Assembly: GCA_028284765.1 (NCBI GenBank)
Contig: JANQRA010000023.1
Coordinates: 96,694 to 160,693 of the forward strand
DNA from: Acidimicrobiia bacterium
GTDB lineage: Bacteria > Actinomycetota > Acidimicrobiia > Spongiisociales > ZC4RG35
Reading direction: 5' to 3'
DNA length: 64,000 nt
Shown here piece after piece: positions 36,762 through 45,903 of the stretch. Position numbers and translations under genes: made by a program. The stretch's first letter is position 1. Each line of letters starts with the position of its first letter. Under the pieces are notes generated by a model. That model saw only the letters and a list, made by a program, of their open reading frames with translations, was not told the origin of the DNA and did no database searches.

Positions 36762-37753
36762 GCCCCGGCGATCGCTACGAGAACGATGATCGGCGCGAAT
36801 GCTCTGGCGGCATTATTTCCAAAGTCCCATACCCAGTTGGAGGAGATGACGGCCAGAAGCGTCCATGCGGCGATGGGAAGACGCAGCCATGTTCTCTTCA
36901 GAGAGAAGTAGGCACCGAACGCAGCCGACAGGAGCGCAAACGCAAGAAACACCCACTCCCGCCCGTCCAAGGTCGCCCAGTTGGAGCTTGCGGTCACGAT
37001 TCCGGCGAACGGCCAGTCCAGATTGCCGCGAGAGGCGAACCCGTCACCAAGAGTCAACTCCAGGTAGAGCATCCAGCCCCCCAATGCCGCGAGCGGCACA
37101 ATCGCTCTCGAAATGCGGCGAGGACGCTCGAGACTCAACGGCAAGGGCGTGGCGAGCGAAACGTCTTTGGCTAGTCCCGACAAGGCGAAGAGGCTGTCCG
37201 ACTTGATGCCGGGGGAGATCCACCACAATCCCGCAACCATCAAGGCGACTGACGTCGCGTCTGAGGTAAGCAGTTGAACTGACAGCCACATGCCAGGGTT
37301 CAGCAGCACCACCAAGGGGAGTAGAGCTGTAGGTCGGGGCTTTCCGGCCACCCAGGCACCGAGGAGACCTGTAGCACCGGCAAATGCGAGCAGGTTCATT
37401 GCGATCATCGAGTAGAGAAGTGCCCAACCGTCGAGTACACCGCCAAACGAAGCGACAAGGGGGAAGAGAATTCGCCGATACCGGTAGGAGGCGTGGTCGA
37501 GCAGAGGGCCGACCTCGTCTCCGCTGAGGTCGAGAGCGATGGCGTAGAAGATCTGTCCGTCGTGACCGGGCCCCTCAACTATCGGGATGGAACCGAGCTG
37601 GTTCTCGATCAAGGGCCGGAGATTGCTGGTCTCGCCCACCTGAAGAAGCCCCGCGATCCCACCGGTGGCCAAGGACTGGATCCACACCAGAAACAGGCCG
37701 GCGCCGAACCCGACTGCGGCCCATCTCCAGAATGCACGTCTATCCATCAACAC
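36707..37753 (-). CDS. Polytopic membrane protein, paralogue C
   Basis: 348 aa with [18 protein letters not shown]...[13 protein letters not shown] and a C-terminal [10 protein letters not shown]. Clearly homologous to paralogue A, which supports this strand over the antisense ORF 36218..37174. Confidence 0.65.
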   Translation of the reverse strand: MLMDRRAFWRWAAVGFGAGLFLVWIQSLATGGIAGLLQVGETSNLRPLIENQLGSIPIVEGPGHDGQIFYAIALDLSGDEVGPLLDHASYRYRRILFPLVASFGGVLDGWALLYSMIAMNLLAFAGATGLLGAWVAGKPRPTALLPLVVLLNPGMWLSVQLLTSDATSVALMVAGLWWISPGIKSDSLFALSGLAKDVSLATPLPLSLERPRRISRAIVPLAALGGWMLYLELTLGDGFASRGNLDWPFAGIVTASSNWATLDGREWVFLAFALLSAAFGAYFSLKRTWLRLPIAAWTLLAVISSNWVWDFGNNAARAFAPIIVLVAIAGAQPTAEASASERFLAGTR

Positions 37754-37801
37754 GGCAGTCTCACACGCTTCGCATCACTCAACTGGAATCGGAATCTGCC
37801 G

Positions 37802-38818
37802 ATGTACTCTGAAACCGCTTTGGAGGAACAATTGTTTGATATGCGTCGCTCGGCTCTGGGTGGATTTCAGGAGCTCGAGGGCAAGCACGCCGTCGTCATG
37901 GGCGGGGCCGGTTTCCTTGGTTCACACGTCTGCACCTGGCTCGTCTACTCGGGTGCCCGAGTCACTTGTCTCGACAACCTGATTACTGGCAACGCCGCCA
38001 ACGTCGCTCACCTGATGGGGGACAAGAAGTTCAGGCTCATCGACTACGACGTCACCGACTACATGCACATCGCCGGAGAAGTCGACTACGTGCTCAACTT
38101 CGCGTCGCCAGCGTCACCGGTCGACTACCTCAAGTGGCCAATTCACACCCTCAAAGTCGGTGCTTTTGGCACCCACAAGGGTCTTGGGTTGGCCCTCGAC
38201 AAAGGCGCCACTTTCTTCCTCGCATCGACCTCGGAGGTCTATGGAGATCCTCAGGTCAATCCTCAGCCCGAGAGCTATTGGGGCAACGTCAATCCAATCG
38301 GCCCTAGGGGTGTATACGACGAGGCCAAGAGGTTCGCCGAGGCGATGACACTTGCCTACCACCGCGAGCACGGGCTCGACACCAGGATCGTCCGCATCTT
38401 CAACACATACGGCCCGCGTATGCGTCCCAATGACGGTCGGGCAGTGCCGGCATTCTTCAAAGCTGCTCTCGAGAACAAGCCTCTGCCGGTATTCGGTGAC
38501 GGCGGTCAGACACGTTCGCTTTGTTACGTGGACGACGAAGTCGAGGGGATTCTGCGGCTTCTTCTCTCCGATGAGAACGAACCGGTGAACATCGGCAACC
38601 CTGAAGAGGTCACGATGCTGGAGTTGGCAGAAGCCATCCAGGACGTGGTTGGTAATCACCCTGGCATTGAGTTCCACCCGTTGCCGACAGATGATCCAAC
38701 CGTCAGACGACCCGATACGACCAAGGCCGAGGAGATCCTGGGTTGGAAAGCGCAGATCTCGTTGCGCCAGGGATTGGAACGCACCCTCCCGTGGTTCAAA
38801 GAGGTCCTCGGCTACTGA
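37802..38818 (+). CDS. UDP-glucuronate decarboxylase (UDP-xylose synthase), SDR family
   Basis: [11 protein letters not shown] Rossmann motif, YDEAKR (YxxxK) and [14 protein letters not shown], which is close to the UXS signature. ATG 37802 was chosen; the tracked 37493 start overlaps the divergent gene. Confidence 0.8.
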   Translation: MYSETALEEQLFDMRRSALGGFQELEGKHAVVMGGAGFLGSHVCTWLVYSGARVTCLDNLITGNAANVAHLMGDKKFRLIDYDVTDYMHIAGEVDYVLNFASPASPVDYLKWPIHTLKVGAFGTHKGLGLALDKGATFFLASTSEVYGDPQVNPQPESYWGNVNPIGPRGVYDEAKRFAEAMTLAYHREHGLDTRIVRIFNTYGPRMRPNDGRAVPAFFKAALENKPLPVFGDGGQTRSLCYVDDEVEGILRLLLSDENEPVNIGNPEEVTMLELAEAIQDVVGNHPGIEFHPLPTDDPTVRRPDTTKAEEILGWKAQISLRQGLERTLPWFKEVLGY

Positions 38819-38830
38819 CATAATCCTGCC

Positions 38831-39490
38831 GTGGACTGGTTGCGGCTTTCAGAATGGTGGGTCGATGAGGTCAACTCGGACCCCGCCTACGAAGAAGTCG
38901 TAACGCCATTGCTTCTGGCGGTTCTGGATCCAAGCCCTGAGAACTCGTACATCGATCTTGGCTGTGGAGAAGGGCGGGTCATGCGCGAATTGGCGGCCCT
39001 CGGTGTTCGTTCACATGGTGTTGACCTATCCGAGCATCTCATTTCCAGGACTGACGGCGGTGTCGTGGGGGACATCGAGGAACTTCCTATCCGGTCCGGC
39101 GCCTTCGACGGCGCATTCTCAGTCCTGACTGTTGAGCATCTGGAAGACGTCCGGCCCTTCTTCCAGGAGGCTGCAAGGATCGTCGTTCCCAAAGGAGTCC
39201 TCGCCGTGGTGCTCAATCATCCAGCTTGGACAGCACCCGGCAGCACCCCCATAGAGGACTCCGACGGAGAGGTGCTTTGGCGACCAGGGGAGTACTTCTC
39301 ATCGGGATCTTCTGACGTGCGTGCAGGCGATGGCACCGTTACCTTTCACCATCGTCCGGTGTCTGCCCTTGTGAACGCGGCGGTCGACGCTGGTTGGTGG
39401 CTCGAGAAAATGGTGGAACAGCCACATCACGAACTCCCGGACCAAACCGGGATCCCTCGGCTGATGGCCTGTCGGTGGTTCCTAGCGTGA
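38831..39490 (+). CDS. Class I SAM-dependent methyltransferase
   Basis: YIDLGCGEGRVMREL (motif I), with downstream FDGAFSVLTVEHL and GVLAVVLNHP. Confidence 0.75.
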   Translation: MDWLRLSEWWVDEVNSDPAYEEVVTPLLLAVLDPSPENSYIDLGCGEGRVMRELAALGVRSHGVDLSEHLISRTDGGVVGDIEELPIRSGAFDGAFSVLTVEHLEDVRPFFQEAARIVVPKGVLAVVLNHPAWTAPGSTPIEDSDGEVLWRPGEYFSSGSSDVRAGDGTVTFHHRPVSALVNAAVDAGWWLEKMVEQPHHELPDQTGIPRLMACRWFLA

Positions 39491-39541
39491 GTCGGTGGCC
39501 GGAAGTCCAAATGCTTCGCACCCACAGGGTTACTACCTACC

Positions 39542-40468
39542 GTGGACTCCGACATGGATGAGATGAGTACCTACGACGTAACTGTCGTCTTGCCTGTCTA
39601 CAACGAAGTCGACCACTTGGAACAAGAAGTCAAGAGGATTCGCAAGGCGCTCGAGGACGCGGAGATGAGCTTTGAGATCATCGTCGTGGACGACGGTTCG
39701 ACCGATGGATCTGGCGAGCTCGCAGAGAGGCTGCAAGGTGTCAGGACGATGCGGTTCTTGACCAATCGCGGGTCTGGCTCGGCTCGGAAGTATGGGAGCC
39801 TCGCTGCACGAGGTGAAGTGGTGGTTTGGACGGACGTCGACATGACCTATCCCAACGATCAGATTCCGAACCTCGTCAAGGAACTCGCTGGCTATGACCA
39901 GGTCGTTGGTGCCAGGACCACCGAGGAAGGAACGGTCAAGTTCCTTCGGAGACCGGCCAAGTGGTTGATCCGAAAGCTCGCCGCTTATCTATCCGGGACG
40001 AACATCCCAGACCTCAACTCCGGATTCAGAGCCTTCCGAAAGGATGTTGGCGATCAGTTTCTCTACCTGTTGCCACGCGGATTCTCATGCGTGACCACCA
40101 TCACCATGGCATTTCTTAGTAACGGCTACTCGATCAAGTACATACCAATCGAGTACGCCCAGCGCGCGGGTAAGTCGAAGTTCCACTGGTGGAAGGACAC
40201 CCGCAGATACCTGCTCCAAGTCGTTCGTATGATCCTCATGCATGAGCCCCTGCGCTTCTTCGGGCCACTCTCTCTGGCAATCGGAGCTGCCGGGGTCGGC
40301 AAGCTGATTTTCGACCTAATTGACAAGAACTTCAGGGTTGCCACCAACACGATCGTCATACTGGGCGTGGCATTCGCCTTCGCTGGTGTTGGTTTGATCG
40401 CCGATCTGCTCGTACAGACGAGCAAGAGACGCCATGACGTCATTCCCGCGACAGCTCCTCGGGACTGA
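39542..40468 (+). CDS. Family-2 glycosyltransferase with C-terminal TM helices (GtrB/DPM1-like polyprenyl-phosphate sugar synthase type)
   Basis: VVLPVYNE, VVDDGSTDGS, TDVDM and two C-terminal hydrophobic helices. The start could be one of the nearby in-frame ATGs (39554 or 39560). Confidence 0.75.
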   Translation: MDSDMDEMSTYDVTVVLPVYNEVDHLEQEVKRIRKALEDAEMSFEIIVVDDGSTDGSGELAERLQGVRTMRFLTNRGSGSARKYGSLAARGEVVVWTDVDMTYPNDQIPNLVKELAGYDQVVGARTTEEGTVKFLRRPAKWLIRKLAAYLSGTNIPDLNSGFRAFRKDVGDQFLYLLPRGFSCVTTITMAFLSNGYSIKYIPIEYAQRAGKSKFHWWKDTRRYLLQVVRMILMHEPLRFFGPLSLAIGAAGVGKLIFDLIDKNFRVATNTIVILGVAFAFAGVGLIADLLVQTSKRRHDVIPATAPRD

Positions 40469-40483
40469 ATCGACTCTCTGCTG

Positions 40484-41713
40484 ATGTCCAGTCCGACCGT
40501 CGCTGTCCTTGGCGCAGCGTTATCTGCGAACAAAGGGGCCGCTTCAATGTTGTTGGCTCTTGTGGACCAGATAGACGACTACATCCCCGAGGCGCAGGTT
40601 GTGAGCCTCAGCACGTATCCGACGCAGGACAGGGTCGAGGCCAAAGGTGAGAGTCTCGAGATCGTCTCTTACAAGCCACCGACCATGGCGATTCTCGTTC
40701 TCCCGCTCGCGTTGTTGGTCTGGGTGGCACGGGTGCTCGGCTTCACGGGGCGCGTCTTTGCCCGGACCAAAAGCCTCCGTGTGCTGATGGATGCCGACGT
40801 TGTGGCCGACCTAGCTGGCATCAGTTTCTCCGACGGTCGAGGGCTACCGACCCTCACGTACAACACCTTGATGACCGGGATTCCGCTCCTCGTCGGCACT
40901 CCAGTAGTCAAGTGCTCCCAAGCACTCGGGTCCTTCGACAGTTTCGACACCCGATTTGCCGCAAGACTTGTTCTTCCCAAAGTGGTCTCAATTGTCGCCA
41001 GGGGACCAGGGACAGCAGAGCATCTGAAAGGACTTGGGCTGTCCAACTTCACAGAGGGTTCCGATCTGGCCTTCTCGATGAAGGAAGGGGCCGGCTCACA
41101 TTCCGCGGCGGAGTCCCTTTTGCGGAACAGCGGAGTCGGCAGCCCTTATTTCGTGGTCAGTCCAAGCAGTGTGGTCAAAGCACTATGTGAGTCACGAGGC
41201 ATTGACTACGCCCAGACGGTCGCGGAAGTCACCAACGCACTCATGGAGCAACTCGATATGCCGGCGGTTGTGGTGGCGCACTCCGCACGACCTGGCCAGC
41301 CCGAAACGCGTATGAATGATCTGCCAGTCTGCCAGGAAGTGTTCGATCGGCTTGATGGCGGGGCGGTCTATCTGGATGACAGCCTCGACCCGCGTGTTCT
41401 TCGGGCCGTGGTTGACATGTCTGAGATGCTCATGACGTCGAGGTTCCACGCGATGATCTCTGGCCTTGCGACTGAGACGCCGACGGTGGTAGTCGGTTGG
41501 AGCCACAAGTACAGAGAGGTCATGGCTGAGTTCGGTCAGGAGCGGTTCGTTGTCTCCTTCGAGGGTTTCGAAGTCGAGCAGCTCATCGACCTCGGCCTCG
41601 AGGCGGCAAGGAACAAGCAACAGATCGTGGCGCAGATCAGTGCGCAGCTTCCGAGTGTCAAGGAAGCGAGTGCAGTGTCGTTCGAAGAGCTTGCGAAGGC
41701 CATCGATGTCTGA
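40484..41713 (+). CDS. Polysaccharide pyruvyl transferase family protein
   Basis: N-terminus VAVLGAALSANKGAASML and the C-terminal motif MTSRFHAMISGLATETPTVVVGWSHKYREV, typical of the CsaB/WcaK-type family. Confidence 0.7.
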   Translation: MSSPTVAVLGAALSANKGAASMLLALVDQIDDYIPEAQVVSLSTYPTQDRVEAKGESLEIVSYKPPTMAILVLPLALLVWVARVLGFTGRVFARTKSLRVLMDADVVADLAGISFSDGRGLPTLTYNTLMTGIPLLVGTPVVKCSQALGSFDSFDTRFAARLVLPKVVSIVARGPGTAEHLKGLGLSNFTEGSDLAFSMKEGAGSHSAAESLLRNSGVGSPYFVVSPSSVVKALCESRGIDYAQTVAEVTNALMEQLDMPAVVVAHSARPGQPETRMNDLPVCQEVFDRLDGGAVYLDDSLDPRVLRAVVDMSEMLMTSRFHAMISGLATETPTVVVGWSHKYREVMAEFGQERFVVSFEGFEVEQLIDLGLEAARNKQQIVAQISAQLPSVKEASAVSFEELAKAIDV

Positions 41714-43064
41714 ATCAATACATACGAGCTTGAAGTCCGTTCGAGAGTCGGATCTCTGCATCGGATGTGGAGCCTGCGTTCATGCCGATCCGACGCTCCA
41801 GCTGACTTTGGATCCCACGAAGCAGATGTGGGAGCCGAGTCACGACGGAAACGAGTTGGCGGCGAGCGTCTGCCCGGCGATTAGCGTTGACTTCGAAGGA
41901 CTCCAGAAGCGGCTGTTCCCAGGATCGGAGATCGGCCCATTTGGTGTCGTTGACAGTGTGATGCTGGCCCAGTCGGTCGACTACGAGCGAAACCGGGCCG
42001 CGTCGTCTGGTGGGTTGATCAAGGAGCTGTTGGTCTCTCTTCTCGAATCCCCAGATGTAGACGGAGCAATCGCTCTGAAAGAGGTTCATGGGCTTGATTA
42101 CAAGCCAACGTTGATCACGAGGGCGAGCGAGGTGGACGACCTACCTGGGTCGATTTATCACAACCTTCCCAAGGACGACGTGATCAGGTTGCTCAAGGAA
42201 CTGGAAGGAAAGTACGTCCTCGTCGGCATCCCATGCGAGTTCGAAGGGATATATCAGTACATCTTTCAGGCAGAGCCCGGACTCGCCGAGCGGATCCACT
42301 CGACAATCGGGCTTCTGTGTGGCTGGCAATACTCGTATCACGCGATCAGAGCGATCTGTCAGTACAAAGGTGCCGATTTTGACGAGATCGAGGAGATCTC
42401 GTACCGCGGTGGTGGCCCCGTTGGCAAGCTTCGGATGAAGACTCCTGCGGGTGAGTCGAGCGCGAGCAGGCGCATCGACTTTGGCTACCAAGCGGCGTTC
42501 GACCGGACTTTCAACACACCGAGATGTCATCTCTGCATCAACCACTCCAATTTCCTAGCCGACATCGTGGTCGGGGACGCCTGGCTCCCGAGCACGGTCG
42601 GCACGAAGACCGGGATCTCGCTCGTCATCAACAGAACCGAATCGATGACCCGACTCATGCGCGAGCTCGTCAACACACAGCGGATTGTGGTGTCGGACGT
42701 TACGACCGAGGAGATCAAAGAGTCGCAGAAGCCCAGAATCGCATTTGGAAACTTCGCCTATGCCTACGCCGAGTACCGCGAGAGGAATGGCCTGCATACC
42801 CCCGACATGGTCGGCCCCAATAGGGAGTCAGCCCAGCTTGTGGACGAGGCGGAGGTCGACAGGTTCTATGGCGAACTCGTCCGTAAGCTCGAACTGCAAA
42901 GGCAACGGCGCTATCGCTTCCTGTACTGGAGGAAGGCGACCAAAGAGCTTCCGAAGTTGTTCGGCCGCTATTGGGAGTGGTTCACAGTTCGAATACTGAG
43001 GGTCAAGAGCCTCAAGGGGGAGCGCGAGGAACTCAGCCGGGATCAGATTTCGATCTTCCGCTAG
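41706..43064 (+). CDS. Coenzyme F420 hydrogenase/dehydrogenase beta-subunit-like (FrhB family) Fe-S flavoprotein
   Basis: ATG 41706 overlaps the upstream stop by 8 nt. N-terminal CIGCGACVHADP cluster motif. Its length and its pairing with a pyruvyl transferase are as seen in other polysaccharide loci. Confidence 0.65.
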   Translation: MSESIHTSLKSVRESDLCIGCGACVHADPTLQLTLDPTKQMWEPSHDGNELAASVCPAISVDFEGLQKRLFPGSEIGPFGVVDSVMLAQSVDYERNRAASSGGLIKELLVSLLESPDVDGAIALKEVHGLDYKPTLITRASEVDDLPGSIYHNLPKDDVIRLLKELEGKYVLVGIPCEFEGIYQYIFQAEPGLAERIHSTIGLLCGWQYSYHAIRAICQYKGADFDEIEEISYRGGGPVGKLRMKTPAGESSASRRIDFGYQAAFDRTFNTPRCHLCINHSNFLADIVVGDAWLPSTVGTKTGISLVINRTESMTRLMRELVNTQRIVVSDVTTEEIKESQKPRIAFGNFAYAYAEYRERNGLHTPDMVGPNRESAQLVDEAEVDRFYGELVRKLELQRQRRYRFLYWRKATKELPKLFGRYWEWFTVRILRVKSLKGEREELSRDQISIFR

Positions 43065-43959
43065 CCGCAAAGACGGTGGAGATCCCCGCACCTCCGAGGT
43101 CGACCGCTATGAACGCCACCCGCGCCAGGAGGGCCACGGTGGCCGCCACGGCTGGGTCAGTGGTTCCTGCCAAGGCTACGAAAACGGCTTCTCGAACCCC
43201 CAGGCCGCCGGGGAGCCCGACGATGACGAAACCGAGGAACCACGAGAAGCACGTTGCTACCAGAACCCGGTCAAACGGCATGCCACTGTCGACAGACTGG
43301 GCAACGAGATAGGTCGCGGTCGAAATCCCAAGCCAGGTCGGGACGTGGGCGAACACGAATCTGACGCCTAGTCCCCACGACAAACTTGGAATCTCGACTT
43401 CTCGTCCAGTGACCCTTCTCGCTAGCCGCAACACAAGTGTTGCGAGGGAGGGGTGGACAAGGAGTAGTGCGATTGGAGCTGCAATCGAGAGGAGCACCGC
43501 CCACCAAGGAACAGCTTCTCCTTGGACGAGGGCCAAGGCCGTTCCCAGACCTCCGACGAGGAGCGCCGCGAGGTAGGTGGTCGCCAATGACAGCAGCGTT
43601 CCTCCGTACGCCGGTGTGCGCTCCACCCCTCCTCGATATGCCATCTCTGCCCGCCCAACTATTGGCCAGATACCACCCGGGACGTACTTGCCGAGCTGCC
43701 CGACGAAATACTGATTGAGCCGGCTGCGCGGTACACCTGGATCTGCACCGAGCTTGGCCATGATCTGGCGCCAGACCAGTCCAATAAGGGTCATGGCCAC
43801 GAGTCCAACCAAGACCGCAAGTACGAAGAGCATCCAGTCAGCTCGTCTGAGCGAGTCTGTTGTTTGCTCCCAATCACGCGCAACCGTGACGACCACAAAG
43901 ACAAGGCCTGCAAGCCCAATGGCTAGACCAACCATGCCTGCGAATCGCCGATTATTCAC
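43033..43959 (-). CDS. UPF0104 / lysyl-phosphatidylglycerol-synthase-TM-like (flippase-like) membrane protein
   Basis: 308 aa with about 8 TM helices and GQLGKYVPGGIWPIVGRAEM. Convergent with, and overlapping, the FrhB-like gene by 32 nt. Confidence 0.6.
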   Translation of the reverse strand: MNNRRFAGMVGLAIGLAGLVFVVVTVARDWEQTTDSLRRADWMLFVLAVLVGLVAMTLIGLVWRQIMAKLGADPGVPRSRLNQYFVGQLGKYVPGGIWPIVGRAEMAYRGGVERTPAYGGTLLSLATTYLAALLVGGLGTALALVQGEAVPWWAVLLSIAAPIALLLVHPSLATLVLRLARRVTGREVEIPSLSWGLGVRFVFAHVPTWLGISTATYLVAQSVDSGMPFDRVLVATCFSWFLGFVIVGLPGGLGVREAVFVALAGTTDPAVAATVALLARVAFIAVDLGGAGISTVFAASGRSKSDPG

Positions 43960-44060
43960 TCAGCGCCTGGGATCGGTGGGGCCACGCCACAGTTGTACCC
44001 GCTACCTGCTCACTTGTTCAGCCTTTGGCGGCTTGTCGGTGGCTCCTCCTACGCTGAAGG

Positions 44061-45890
44061 TTGATGTTCGAACGACCGAAACCAGCTGAGATTCCCGCCA
44101 AACCAGGCGCATATCTCTTTCGTGACCGCCACGGTCGGGTCATCTATGTCGGTAAGGCGAAGTCATTGCGGAGCAGGGTCTCGTCCTACTTCGGAACCGG
44201 CCTGCACCGTCGTACCCAAACCATGGTCGACACAGCCCGTTCGGTCGAGTGGATCATCACGGAGTCCGAGGTCGCAGCCCTCATGTTGGAGTACTCGCTC
44301 ATCAAGGAGCACCGACCACGGTTCAACGTCAAGCTCGTCGATGACAAGTCATACCCGTTTTTGGCCATCACCCGGTCACACGAGTGGCCCCGGGCCATGG
44401 TCATGCGGGGTAAGAAACGCAAGGGCAACGAATACTTCGGGCCTTTCGCTCACACATACGCAATCCGGAAAACGCTCGATCAGCTTCTTCGGACCTTCCC
44501 CGTTCGTACCTGTTCCAATGCCATGCTGGAACGGCAGAAGGCCCAGGGTCGCCCTTGTCTTCTCTTTCACATTGAGAAGTGCTCCGGACCGTGCATCGGA
44601 GAAGTCGAGCCGGCCGACTACGAGAAGATGGTCGACGGTTTGGCCGCCTTCCTTTCCGGTGACACCGAGGGCGTCATCGCTGATCTCGATGAGTCGATGT
44701 GGCTTGCGTCGGAGCGTCAAGAATTCGAGCTAGCTGCCCGCTATCGAGACCGGATCGAAGATGTGCGGAAGGCAACGCTTCGACAGGAAGTCGTCACAGA
44801 GAAGCCTGAGAACTTCGACCTCATCGCCCATCACGGTGACGAACTGGAGACTGCGTTCACTGTCTTGAACGTGCGGCGAGGACGCGTAGTGGGGGAGCGG
44901 AGCACGATCGTCGACCGGGTAGAAGAACTGACAGACGAAGAGCTGATGGGTCGGATCGTTAGAGAGCTCTACGGAGATTCCGAGCCGCCACGACAGGTTC
45001 TGGTTTCTATCGAACCCGCCGAAGCCGAACTCCTGACCGAGTGGCTCTCGGACCTCGGTGAGCGGAACGTGAGTCTCCGAGTCCCGCAGAGGGGAGCCAA
45101 GCGTCGACTGATGAAGACTGCTTCGACAAACGCTGCCGACACCTTCGGTCGTCATCGGCTCAGTCGACAGAAGGACCACAACGCTCGGGCCAAGGCGTTG
45201 AAGTCGCTCCAAGACGAACTCGGCCTCGTCGACGCACCACTGCGGATCGAGGCCTACGACATCTCAACACTCCAAGGGACCAACACCGTCGCCTCGATGG
45301 TCGTCCTGGAGGATGGGCTCCCGAAACGCAATGAGTACCGCCGCTTCAAGATGAAGACCGTTCAGGGTCAGGACGACTTCGCATCGATGGAAGAGACCAT
45401 CCGACGCAGATTCACTGCCTACCTGGTAGAGCAGCGAAAGCCCGCATCCGAACAAGGCAAGTTTTCATATCCGCCGAGTCTCGTGGTCATCGACGGCGGT
45501 GCGGGCCAACTGGGACGTGCGGTGAAAGTGCTCGACGACCTCGATCTCGATATCCCTGTGATCGGGCTGGCCAAGAAGATGGAGGAGGTCTATCTCCCGG
45601 GACGCCCCGAGCCGATCCAGATCGCCCGAGACGCAGAGGCCCTCTACCTGTTGCAGCAGGTGCGGGACGAGGCACACCGGTTCGCTGTCACCTACCACCG
45701 TCAGCTCCGGTCGAAGTCAATGGTCGACTCTGTGCTCGATAGCGTCGCGGGTGTGGGGCCGAAGCGAAAGAAGGCGCTTCTACGTCACTTCGGATCATTG
45801 AAGAAGATGAGAAACGCTTCCGAAAGCGAACTATCGGAGGTTGTGCCAGAGCAGGTTGCATCTGACCTGTACGCTGCGCTCCACACCTGA
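44061..45890 (+). CDS. uvrC: Excinuclease ABC subunit C
   Basis: GIY-YIG N-terminus (PGAYLFRDRHGRVIYVGKA), UVR domain (EFELAARYRDRIE) and a C-terminal HhH region. Confidence 0.95.
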   Translation: MMFERPKPAEIPAKPGAYLFRDRHGRVIYVGKAKSLRSRVSSYFGTGLHRRTQTMVDTARSVEWIITESEVAALMLEYSLIKEHRPRFNVKLVDDKSYPFLAITRSHEWPRAMVMRGKKRKGNEYFGPFAHTYAIRKTLDQLLRTFPVRTCSNAMLERQKAQGRPCLLFHIEKCSGPCIGEVEPADYEKMVDGLAAFLSGDTEGVIADLDESMWLASERQEFELAARYRDRIEDVRKATLRQEVVTEKPENFDLIAHHGDELETAFTVLNVRRGRVVGERSTIVDRVEELTDEELMGRIVRELYGDSEPPRQVLVSIEPAEAELLTEWLSDLGERNVSLRVPQRGAKRRLMKTASTNAADTFGRHRLSRQKDHNARAKALKSLQDELGLVDAPLRIEAYDISTLQGTNTVASMVVLEDGLPKRNEYRRFKMKTVQGQDDFASMEETIRRRFTAYLVEQRKPASEQGKFSYPPSLVVIDGGAGQLGRAVKVLDDLDLDIPVIGLAKKMEEVYLPGRPEPIQIARDAEALYLLQQVRDEAHRFAVTYHRQLRSKSMVDSVLDSVAGVGPKRKKALLRHFGSLKKMRNASESELSEVVPEQVASDLYAALHT

Positions 45891-45903
45891 CCAAGGCGCT
45901 CTT

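Noticed and set aside
37493-37801. Long N-terminal extensions in the ORF track, seen here and at 318..560, 16173..16256, 41550..41705, 45841..45903, 50393..50443, 56338..56436 and 58450..58584
   Set aside because: The extensions overlap neighbouring genes or encode non-homologous low-complexity sequence. Internal starts give canonical family N-termini. The secG case remains ambiguous.
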